Part shown: one piece after another, positions 39,034 through 46,526 of the stretch
How positions within the stretch are numbered: position 1 is the first letter of the stretch
Layout of the letters: each line of letters begins with the position of its first letter
From: a bacterium
GTDB taxonomy: Bacteria; Patescibacteriota; Minisyncoccia; UBA6257; 2-01-FULL-56-20
Assembly: GCA_021780195.1 (NCBI GenBank)
Contig: JAJXZE010000002.1
Span: forward strand, 20,220-84,219
DNA: 64,000 nucleotides
Reading direction: 5' to 3'
The notes under the pieces: generated by a model
Seen by the model: only the letters and a program-made list of their open reading frames with translations
What the model was told of the DNA's origin: nothing
The model's database searches: none
Made by a program: the position numbers and the translations under genes

Positions 39034-39627
39034 ATGATCTCATTTTCCCGCCGCACCAAGATCGCAAGTTCATTCGTGGGAATCGTGATCGTGGGATATG
39101 CCGCCGTCCATTTCGTGCAGGGAGGAGGCGTGCCGCGCGACTTTACGGATGCGCGCGAGCAGGGAGCCATCATCGGTCAGACCATCGTTAATCTTTCGAA
39201 CAGTTCAACGGCAAGCCTCGAGCAGGTGAATACCATGGACAACCGGGGGGACTATGCGGACGCGCTCACCCTCACGACCCAGCTCGTGAGCCAGAGTCAG
39301 GACATCCGCGACCAGGCGGTGGCCCTCTCCGCGCAGGTGGAGCAGATGACCAGGGCGCTTTCGGGCATCAGCGACCTCTCGGCGCGCCAAGCGGCGCTCG
39401 AATCGATCTCGAACCGACTCGCGCTCATCAATCAGCTCGTGAACTACAGCGCCGACCTCTCGAAGCTTCTCGATACCCTGCGCGCCCGCTTCTCCGGGAA
39501 GGGAGGCAGTGCGGCGCAGGTCACCGCGCTTGTGAATCAGGTGAACACCGACGTGAACGCGATCAACAACTTCAACGCCCAAGCCGGGCAGGCCATGGAT
39601 CGCTTCGACGCGATCATGGGGAAGTAG
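39034..39627 (+). CDS. Membrane-anchored hypothetical protein
   Basis: Start trimmed to ATG 39034 (MISFSRRTKIASSFVGIVIVGYAAVHF, an N-terminal TM). The extracytoplasmic part is helical and Q/A/L-rich. Confidence 0.55.
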   Translation: MISFSRRTKIASSFVGIVIVGYAAVHFVQGGGVPRDFTDAREQGAIIGQTIVNLSNSSTASLEQVNTMDNRGDYADALTLTTQLVSQSQDIRDQAVALSAQVEQMTRALSGISDLSARQAALESISNRLALINQLVNYSADLSKLLDTLRARFSGKGGSAAQVTALVNQVNTDVNAINNFNAQAGQAMDRFDAIMGK

Positions 39628-39679
39628 CATTGTCGTTTACCTCCGGCGTTTTTTGCGGTATAAAGGCAGTACCCCGCGA

Positions 39680-39754
39680 GGGCATGTAGCTCAATGGCAG
39701 AGCAGACGTCTTATACACGTCCGGTTCCAGGTTCGAGTCCTGGCATGCCCACCA
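39680..39754 (+). tRNA. tRNA-Ile with anticodon UAU
   Basis: GGGCATG TA GCTC AATGGCA GAGC A GACGT CTTATAC ACGTC CGGTT CCAGG TTCGAGT CCTGG CATGCCC A CCA. The cloverleaf is perfect and loop positions 34-36 read TAT. Confidence 0.85.
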
Positions 39755-39755
39755 G

Positions 39756-40283
39756 ATGATCATTGTATTCACCGGCAACGGAAAGGGAAAGACGACCGCA
39801 TCGCTCGGGCAGATGGTGAGGGTGCTCGGGCGCGGTAAGGCGGCGCTCATGATCCAGTTCATCAAGGGGCCGTGGCTCTCCGGCGAAGACGAATTTGCGG
39901 CCAAGGTCAATATTCCGCCGGAGAAGTTCGCGGTGCGGAAGATGGGCCTCGGTTTCGTGGGGATCCTCGGCGACGCGCTCCCGATTGAGAAGCATAAGGA
40001 AGCGGCGCGCCATGCGCTCGACGAGTTCATCGAGGAGAAGCGGTCGGGGAGATGGCATCTCATGATCCTCGACGAGGTGAATGTGGCGGTGTCCCTGGGA
40101 CTTCTCACGCCCGCGGAGGTGATCGCCGCCGTGGACGATTTTCCCGAAGAAAAGATACTCATCATGAGCGGCCGCGGCGCACCGCAGGAGTTCATCGACC
40201 GCGCGGATCTCGCGACCGAGATGCGTGAAATAAAGCACCCGTTCGCGAAGGGTGAACGGGCGAAGTTCACGGTGGAGTTCTAG
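39756..40283 (+). CDS. Cob(I)alamin/cob(I)yrinic acid adenosyltransferase-like protein (CobA/CobO/BtuR family)
   Basis: MIIVFTGNGKGKTTASLGQ...ALMIQFIKGPWLSGE is the family signature. Starts 2 nt after the tRNA. Confidence 0.7.
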   Translation: MIIVFTGNGKGKTTASLGQMVRVLGRGKAALMIQFIKGPWLSGEDEFAAKVNIPPEKFAVRKMGLGFVGILGDALPIEKHKEAARHALDEFIEEKRSGRWHLMILDEVNVAVSLGLLTPAEVIAAVDDFPEEKILIMSGRGAPQEFIDRADLATEMREIKHPFAKGERAKFTVEF

Positions 40284-40356
40284 GGGCGGCTCCGGGGGGC
40301 GGTTCCTGTGGCCGGCCGCGGGTGGCCACAGGCCGGACCCTGAAACGTGCGCGGGC

Positions 40357-42186
40357 CTAGCCCGCGACGGGCTTGATCTTGTACGGCAAGAGAAGGCCGT
40401 AGAATTCATCTCCCTCGAGCGTTTCTTTTTCCATGAGCGTATCCGCCACCTTCTTGAGTGCGGGTTTGTGCGTCTTCAATATTCTTTCCGCGGTTTCGTA
40501 CGCGTGCGCGATGAACTTACGGACCTGTTCGTCGATCTCCGCCGCCATTTTTTCTGAATAATTTTTTTCAGTCGTGATCTCGCGGCCAAGGAACACCATG
40601 TCTTCCGTTTTCCCGAAGGTTGTGGGGCCGAGCTCGCTCATGCCGTATTTCATGACGAGGCGCCGCGCCAAACTCGACGCCTCTTTGAGGTCGTTCGAGG
40701 CGCCGGTCGAAACGTCGCCGAAGGTGAGCTTCTCCGAGGTGTAGCCGCCGAGCATCATGGCGAGGTCGGCGAGGAACTGGTTCCTGGTCTTCAGGTGCTG
40801 GTCTTCCGTGGGGAGTTTCATGGTGTAGCCCCCGGCGAACCCTCGGCTGATGATCGAAACCTTCTGGACGGGGTCGGCATCCTTCACGGCCGCCGCGACG
40901 AGCGCGTGACCGCCTTCGTGGTAGGCGGTGATCTCCTTTTCCTTTTGGGAAATGACGCGGCTCTTGCGCTCGGGGCCGAGGATCACCTTTTCGGCGGCCT
41001 CAAAGAGTTCCTCCTGACCGATGAGCTTCTTGCCGCGCCGCGCGGTGATGATCGCCCCCTCGTTCATGAGGTTCGCGAGGTCGGCGCCGGAGAAACCGGG
41101 CGTTCGCACGGCGACCTTCCGAAGATCGATGTTTTTTGCGAGGATCTTGCCTTCGGCGTGGATCTTGAGGATCGCCTCGCGGTCATTCAGATCCGGGAGG
41201 TCGAGGATCACGCGGCGGTCGAAGCGGCCCGGGCGGAGCAACGCGGGATCCAGAATGTCGGGACGGTTCGTGGCGGCGAGGACGATCACGCGCGTGTCGC
41301 GGTCGAAGCCGTCCATCTCGACGAGAATCTGGTTCAGCGTCTGCTCGCGTTCGTCGTTGCCGCCGCCGAGGCCCGCGCCCCGCTGGCGGCCGACCGCGTC
41401 GATCTCGTCGATGAAGAGGATCGCGGGCGCCGCGCGCTTCGCGGTCATAAAGGCGTCCCTGGTGCGCGAAGCGCCGACGCCGACGAACATCTCCACGAAT
41501 TCCGATGCGGAAATATAGAAGAAGGGTACCCCGCTCTCGCCGGCGACCGCGCGGGCGACGAGTGTCTTTCCGGTGCCCGGGGGGCCCATGAGCAGGATGC
41601 CGCGCGGGATGCGCGCGCCCAAGTCAAGGAACTTTTTAGGATTTTTTAAGAAATCGACGACCTCGATGAGTTCTTCCTTTGCCTCCTTGAGGCCGGCCAC
41701 GTCCTTGAACATCACCTTATCCTTGAAGGTCGAGAGCTTGAGGTTGGAGCGGCCGAAGCTGAAGGCCTGGTTTGCTCCGGTCTTCGCCTGGCGGAACATG
41801 AGCCAAAAGAAGATGCCGATCGCAATCAGCGGGAGGAGTGTGGGGATGAGAAGATTTGCCCAGAATTCCCAGCCGGACTGATCCTGCACGGCGAGGTTCA
41901 CGGTCTGCATGGCTTTGGGATCAACGCCGAGGCTTTTCAGGGTTTCCGCGATGCCGGTTTCGGCTTCTTTTTTGGAAACCGCGGTCGAACCGTCCGTGAG
42001 CGTGATGGCGAGATCGTTGCCGTTCACGGTGACCGATTTTACCTGGCCGGCATTGATCTTATCCACGAGCTGGTTCAGGCTGAGCGTCGTCGGGGCGGGC
42101 GGCGGGGCGACGAACGCGGAAAAAACGAGCGAGATGATAACGAGCGTCAGTATTCCCCAGAGTATATTTTTTACGAGGTTGGACAT
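40357..42186 (-). CDS. ftsH: ATP-dependent zinc metalloprotease FtsH
   Basis: Two N-terminal TM helices, Walker A GPPGTGKT, the SRH region, and the zinc site HEGGHA. Confidence 0.97.
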   Translation of the reverse strand: MSNLVKNILWGILTLVIISLVFSAFVAPPPAPTTLSLNQLVDKINAGQVKSVTVNGNDLAITLTDGSTAVSKKEAETGIAETLKSLGVDPKAMQTVNLAVQDQSGWEFWANLLIPTLLPLIAIGIFFWLMFRQAKTGANQAFSFGRSNLKLSTFKDKVMFKDVAGLKEAKEELIEVVDFLKNPKKFLDLGARIPRGILLMGPPGTGKTLVARAVAGESGVPFFYISASEFVEMFVGVGASRTRDAFMTAKRAAPAILFIDEIDAVGRQRGAGLGGGNDEREQTLNQILVEMDGFDRDTRVIVLAATNRPDILDPALLRPGRFDRRVILDLPDLNDREAILKIHAEGKILAKNIDLRKVAVRTPGFSGADLANLMNEGAIITARRGKKLIGQEELFEAAEKVILGPERKSRVISQKEKEITAYHEGGHALVAAAVKDADPVQKVSIISRGFAGGYTMKLPTEDQHLKTRNQFLADLAMMLGGYTSEKLTFGDVSTGASNDLKEASSLARRLVMKYGMSELGPTTFGKTEDMVFLGREITTEKNYSEKMAAEIDEQVRKFIAHAYETAERILKTHKPALKKVADTLMEKETLEGDEFYGLLLPYKIKPVAG

Positions 42187-42217
42187 AGCGCAATTATAGA
42201 GGCACGGCCGAAGCGGG

Positions 42218-42841
42218 TCAAACGAGCGGGCGCTCTTCCGGTTCCACGAAGCGCTCGACGACTTTCCCGATCAGGAAGTCTACGGCGACGAATACGGCGA
42301 GGACGACGAGGAAGATGAGTTCGACATCCCTGAGGGTCGCGGCGGCGAGAAGCGGCGAGAGGCCGGAGACGAGCGTGAAGGCAAGGCCGAGGAAAAGGGG
42401 GATCCAGGCGAGGATGGAGAGCACCGAGGTGCGGAAGAATTTTTTGAAAGGCGTGCGCGTCCAGCCGATGAGGAACACCACCGGGAAGCTTGCGCCGTAC
42501 ATGAACTTCGAAAAAAAGAGCATCTTCCTGCCGTTGTGGAGGAGAATGCGTTCCATCCGTTCATGCCCAGGGATACGGCTCTTGATCCATCCGCCGAGGC
42601 GCGTGTTGCGGAGCTTGTGACCGAGCGAGTACCACAGCGTGTCGCCCGTGATATTTGCGAGGAACATGGCGAGCACGAGAAGCGGCACGCCCCACGCGCC
42701 GAAGTAGCCGTGGGCGACGATCCAGAAACCCGTAAAGGCCGCAATATTGCCGAGGAAAATCGTGCCGACGTAGATGATGAAAGTGGCCAAAACAAGGTTT
42801 TGGCCGGCGATGGCGCCCAGGGCGGCGATGAATGTACTCAC
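42218..42841 (-). CDS. DedA/VTT-family membrane protein
   Basis: 207 aa, multi-TM, with a DedA-like motif ITGDTLWYSLGHKL and a second re-entrant-like region (FFSKFMYGASFPVVFLIGW). Confidence 0.55.
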   Translation of the reverse strand: MSTFIAALGAIAGQNLVLATFIIYVGTIFLGNIAAFTGFWIVAHGYFGAWGVPLLVLAMFLANITGDTLWYSLGHKLRNTRLGGWIKSRIPGHERMERILLHNGRKMLFFSKFMYGASFPVVFLIGWTRTPFKKFFRTSVLSILAWIPLFLGLAFTLVSGLSPLLAAATLRDVELIFLVVLAVFVAVDFLIGKVVERFVEPEERPLV

Positions 42842-42946
42842 GTGATTCCATTATACCAAATGCGGCCGCGCCGCCCGCGCGCGCCTTGAAAAATGCCCGT
42901 TCCCGTGCCATAATGGGCACGTTCCGTCCGCTCAAGGCCGGTTCAT

Positions 42947-43018
42947 GGTGCCTCTAGCTTAATGGTAAAGCTCCGCTCTGTGGCAGCGGCAATACGGGTC
43001 CGATTCCCGTGAGGCACC
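42947..43018 (+). tRNA. tRNA-His (anticodon GUG) with encoded G-1
   Basis: G-1 + GTGCCTC acceptor arm; anticodon stem CCGCT/AGCGG with loop CTGTGGC; T arm ACGGG-TCCGATT-CCCGT; C73 opposite G-1. CCA is not fully encoded. Confidence 0.85.
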
Positions 43019-43022
43019 CAGC

Positions 43023-43094
43023 GCAAACAAAGACATACTCCCTTACGGACATGGGCTCCCTTTAATGTCCGCAAGGGAGTATGTCTTTGTTTGC
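43023..43094. repeat. Long hairpin element, family member B
   Basis: Perfect 22-bp stem GCAAACAAAGACATACTCCCTT / AAGGGAGTATGTCTTTGTTTGC, inner 7-bp CGGACAT/ATGTCCG and apical loop GGGCTCCCTTTA. That loop is the reverse complement of the apex of the 5127-5204 hairpin. Confidence 0.75.
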
Positions 43095-43116
43095 CGCGCT
43101 GGGCTGTTTTGTGAGA

Positions 43117-43136
43117 GAAGCGGACGAGGGGAGGGG
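43117..43136. repeat. 20-bp direct repeat, left copy (flanks the Fic cassette)
   Basis: GAAGCGGACGAGGGGAGGGG, identical to 44313-44332. Confidence 0.8.
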
Positions 43137-43246
43137 TCGGGAGGGGCGGGCCGCCCCTCCCGTGTGGGAGGGCTACGCTGCTCCGGGCGGCGCGGCAGTG
43201 CGGGACCGAGGGTCCCGCAGGCGCAGGGCGGCTGAGCGCCCGAGCA

Positions 43247-43271
43247 GTCCGACTCCCCGTGAGGCACCCAG
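43247..43271 (+). repeat. Duplicate of the 3' ~24 nt of tRNA-His (att-like)
   Basis: GTCCGACTCCCCGTGAGGCACCCAG compared with the tRNA 3' end GTCCGATTCCCGTGAGGCACCCAG (42998-43021). There is one substitution and one extra C. Confidence 0.75.
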
Positions 43272-43277
43272 GGAGGG

Positions 43278-44207
43278 TTATTTTCCCTTCCGCTCCACGA
43301 TTCGGTATCCTTCCAAGATCGCATCGCACATAAAATTCTCGAGTAGCGTAAGGTCGTCTTTCGTTTGCGCTTTGTTGAGATAAGCGATATACCGCCGCCG
43401 ATCCTCTTGCAGGATGACGAGCGGCGGAAGATCTTCCTTGAGCGCCATCGCATGCCCAAGCAGACGGCCAATGCGGCCGTTGCCGTCGGCGAACGGATGG
43501 ATCATTTCGAACCGAGCATGGATGGCGGCAATGTGCCGGACGACATCCTTCGTTTTTTCGCGCATATCCTCAACGAGCGTCTTCATCAGATCGGGAACCT
43601 TCGCATAATTTGCCGTGGGGACATCCGAGCCCGCTATTCGCACACCATGGTTGCGATACCCTCCGGCGTAGGGGTGGACCGCATTCAGAAGGATGCCGTG
43701 TAGCTTCACGATCAACGATTCGTTGATCGGCTCCCCTTCTCCGATATAACCGAAAAGATATTCCAAGGTAGCCTGATGGTTCTTCACCTCGAGCTGTTCG
43801 ATGATGCTCTTGTTCGGCAACGCCGCGTTCTGGAACATGATCGCCGCCGTTTCTCCTTCGGACAGCGTGCTCCCTTCGATGCGGTTCGAGTGGTACGTAA
43901 GCGACAGATAGAATTGATCGCGGATATCGGGATTATCTACAATGCGTCGCAGTACGTGCGGGCGCTGTTTTTGTTTTACGCGGATGATCCCCTTTTTCGC
44001 CGCGAGTTCGCTTTCCGGCACCTGCTTCTCGCCCGAATACTCTTTATATAATTCGTCGATTTTTTGAAGTGCCCCGAGGCGCGGCGACGCCCTTTCGTTT
44101 ATCCACCGGTTGAGCGCCGCAAAGGTAACTCCAAGGCGGTTGGCCAGCTGGGTCTGCGTCAATCCCGACAGCTTCAAGATAAGTTGTAATTTCTGTCTTG
44201 AGGTCAT
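43278..44207 (-). CDS. fic: HTH-Fic family protein (AMPylase-type toxin/regulator)
   Basis: Fic motif HPFADGNGRIGRL and an N-terminal XRE-type HTH (LSGLTQTQLANRLGVTFAALNRWI). Confidence 0.9.
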   Translation of the reverse strand: MTSRQKLQLILKLSGLTQTQLANRLGVTFAALNRWINERASPRLGALQKIDELYKEYSGEKQVPESELAAKKGIIRVKQKQRPHVLRRIVDNPDIRDQFYLSLTYHSNRIEGSTLSEGETAAIMFQNAALPNKSIIEQLEVKNHQATLEYLFGYIGEGEPINESLIVKLHGILLNAVHPYAGGYRNHGVRIAGSDVPTANYAKVPDLMKTLVEDMREKTKDVVRHIAAIHARFEMIHPFADGNGRIGRLLGHAMALKEDLPPLVILQEDRRRYIAYLNKAQTKDDLTLLENFMCDAILEGYRIVERKGK

Positions 44208-44221
44208 AGCCCCATGGTAAT

Positions 44222-44242
44222 AAACTATATATAGTTTGTCAA
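44222..44242 (-). promoter_or_regulatory. fic promoter/operator
   Basis: The 16-bp perfect palindrome AAACTATATATAGTTT (44222-44237) abuts a minus-strand TTGACA (44237-44242) about 30 nt upstream of the fic ATG. Confidence 0.5.
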
Positions 44243-44312
44243 AATGCGGCCTTTATATATAGTTATATACCTCGTTTTATGAGGTATATCCTGACTTTCT
44301 TATTGTCTCGGG

Positions 44313-44332
44313 GAAGCGGACGAGGGGAGGGG
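44313..44332. repeat. 20-bp direct repeat, right copy
   Basis: GAAGCGGACGAGGGGAGGGG, identical to 43117-43136. Confidence 0.8.
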
Positions 44333-44371
44333 CGCAGAGCTTTTGAGCGCTCTTTGCACGACCGCTACTAG

Positions 44372-44944
44372 CTAGTACGTTGTCGGAGAGAAAACGGTGC
44401 TGGTCGAGGTGATGCAGGATTCGAAGAGCTGGGTCGACGATGCGCTGTCGGGGGCGGATAATATTCCCCTGAGCGTTGCCTGCTTCAGGGACTCCATGGT
44501 CGAAGTGCCGTCGGGCTTCACCCCGTATTTATCGCTTTCAGCGCTAATGAATGCGAGCGTGCTCGAAACCTCTTCACTTTTTACATTTGCCTGGAGCGTG
44601 GAGTCGAGTGGATTTCCCGATAGTTCATTGAGCGCATCGAGGACGGTTTGATTCCCCTGCGTTTCCTGCTGTTTTACGAATGTCTGGCGAGCGTCATTTG
44701 CGGAGGTTACTTCTACGGTTTCAACTCCATCCTGCGTACGGACGGCGGCGGCAATCTTTTGAATTACGGCGATATCGGTTCCGGACGAAAAGCTGACCGT
44801 GATGGGGCTCGCGAGGCCCGCGATCTTGTTATAGCACTGATGCCGAAGATCTGCGGGGCGATATTGATGAGCGATCAAAAAAACGCCAACGCCGGCAACG
44901 CAGATTACTGCGGCAATCGCCGCAAATATCAGAACCACTTTCAT
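44372..44944 (-). CDS. Membrane-anchored protein with FtsX-extracellular-domain-like fold (tentative)
   Basis: Start trimmed to ATG 44944 (MKVVLIFAAIAAVICVAGVGVFLIA). The body (..GVETVEVTSANDARQTFVKQQ...GNPLDSTLQANV) loosely resembles FtsX ECD sequences. Confidence 0.4.
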   Translation of the reverse strand: MKVVLIFAAIAAVICVAGVGVFLIAHQYRPADLRHQCYNKIAGLASPITVSFSSGTDIAVIQKIAAAVRTQDGVETVEVTSANDARQTFVKQQETQGNQTVLDALNELSGNPLDSTLQANVKSEEVSSTLAFISAESDKYGVKPDGTSTMESLKQATLRGILSAPDSASSTQLFESCITSTSTVFSPTTY

Positions 44945-45003
44945 GCTTCCAGTATAACAGAAGTGCGGCACGGAAAGCTAAAAATCCTGGTATACTTAAT
45001 CAA

Positions 45004-46446
45004 ATGTCGCTCATGGGGTTTGTCAGGATCATCTTCGCCGCGCTGTTCCTGATTTTCGCTGTTGTGCTCGGCGGATGGTGGTGGCGGATGGCGGTGGTTG
45101 ACACGCTGACCGTCGCACTCGTGACCACCGCACTCATGGCGGCCGCGCTTGATTTTCTGTTATGCGTCCTGTACCGCTTCGAGGTGAAGCGGCTTGAGGC
45201 GTGGGGCTATATTCTGGGCGTCCTGCTCATTGGCGCAGGAACGCTCATGATCGCCTTGATATGGTCGATGAACCTTGTCTCCTACGTCTATGCGGGCACG
45301 GTTGCGTATGCCGTACTGCTTTTCCTGCTTGCCATGGCACTCGTCATTCTTCCCGTCGCGTCAACGATAGATTATGTAATCTTTCTCACGCGGCGAAGGA
45401 AATCAGCCACGGCCATGAGGGCGAGCTGGGCAAGATTCGTGCTTTCCTTTGCCGCGCTCGTTGCCGTGGGCGTCTATGCCTATGCTATGGCGCAAAAACC
45501 GCAAGCGTTCATCGGAGTCATTGCCGGATCGGGCGGGGGCACCGGCCAGATTTGCACCATCCAGAATCTCGGCCCGGCGCCCGCGACGGACGTTGTATTG
45601 CTTCGCCTCGAGCTTGCCGCGCCATATGACGCCTCGTTCCAGATTGCGTCCCAATGGCTCGCAAGCCGCGGATTCTCCGTCGATCATCAAGTGTCGCGGG
45701 ACACGTCTTTTAGCGGAACCGTCGGGCAGGTAGAGCAGGCATTTGGTATTCAAGGGAGCGTCAATAAATATTGCATGAGTTGGGGAATGTGCGATGCCGG
45801 TACGAACCCCGATGCCCCCGTCAATGTTCCCATTCCTGTGGCGCTTGCCTCGGCCGTGGCAAAGATCTCCGGGCCGAGCTGCCCGCCGCCCATGATGCCC
45901 GCGAAGCCCGTCATTTACCTCTACCCGACGCATCAGGAATCCGTTTCCGTGACGCTTGATTACGCGGGGACAATCACCGACGTGTACCCCTCGTTCGATC
46001 AGGGGACGACGTGGAGCGTCGTCGCGTACCCAGGCGGCCGGATCATCGACGACCGCGACGGCCAGCCGTATTCATATCTCTTCTGGGAGGGGCAGGATCA
46101 TGCCCGGTACGACCTCTCGACGGGCTTCGTGGTGAAGGGGAGCGACACGGCGGCATTCCTGCAGAAGAAGCTGGCGGCCATGGGCCTTACCCCGAAGGAA
46201 TACAACGAATTCATCGTGTACTGGCTACCGAAGCTTGCGCACGATCCTTACAATCTGATCCATTTCGCGGGGAGCGAGTATACGGACACGGCGAAGCTCG
46301 TCGTCGATCCTGCGCCCGACAGCATCCTGCGCGTCTTCATGGTCTATAAGCCCCTCGCGGCGCCGGTCGCCGTCGAACCGCAGACCTTTCCTCCCTTCGT
46401 GCGGAAAGGGTTCACCGTCGTCGAGTGGGGCGGCACGGAGCGGTAG
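45004..46446 (+). CDS. Polytopic membrane protein with large C-terminal soluble domain, hypothetical
   Basis: About 6 N-terminal TM helices and a ~300-aa C-terminal domain of unknown family. Confidence 0.6.
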   Translation: MSLMGFVRIIFAALFLIFAVVLGGWWWRMAVVDTLTVALVTTALMAAALDFLLCVLYRFEVKRLEAWGYILGVLLIGAGTLMIALIWSMNLVSYVYAGTVAYAVLLFLLAMALVILPVASTIDYVIFLTRRRKSATAMRASWARFVLSFAALVAVGVYAYAMAQKPQAFIGVIAGSGGGTGQICTIQNLGPAPATDVVLLRLELAAPYDASFQIASQWLASRGFSVDHQVSRDTSFSGTVGQVEQAFGIQGSVNKYCMSWGMCDAGTNPDAPVNVPIPVALASAVAKISGPSCPPPMMPAKPVIYLYPTHQESVSVTLDYAGTITDVYPSFDQGTTWSVVAYPGGRIIDDRDGQPYSYLFWEGQDHARYDLSTGFVVKGSDTAAFLQKKLAAMGLTPKEYNEFIVYWLPKLAHDPYNLIHFAGSEYTDTAKLVVDPAPDSILRVFMVYKPLAAPVAVEPQTFPPFVRKGFTVVEWGGTER

Positions 46447-46526
46447 TACTCGCGTACGAGAGGGGGATGGGTTTGGGGTGCGGGATTTCCGGGGGAGCTG
46501 ATTTCCGCTGAGGTAGCGGGGAGAAA

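Noticed and set aside
42943-43329. ORF 42943..43329(-) and ORF 43043..43471(-).
   Set aside because: They run antisense through tRNA-His, the 72-nt hairpin and the GC-rich repeats. These are better explained as RNA or repeat features.
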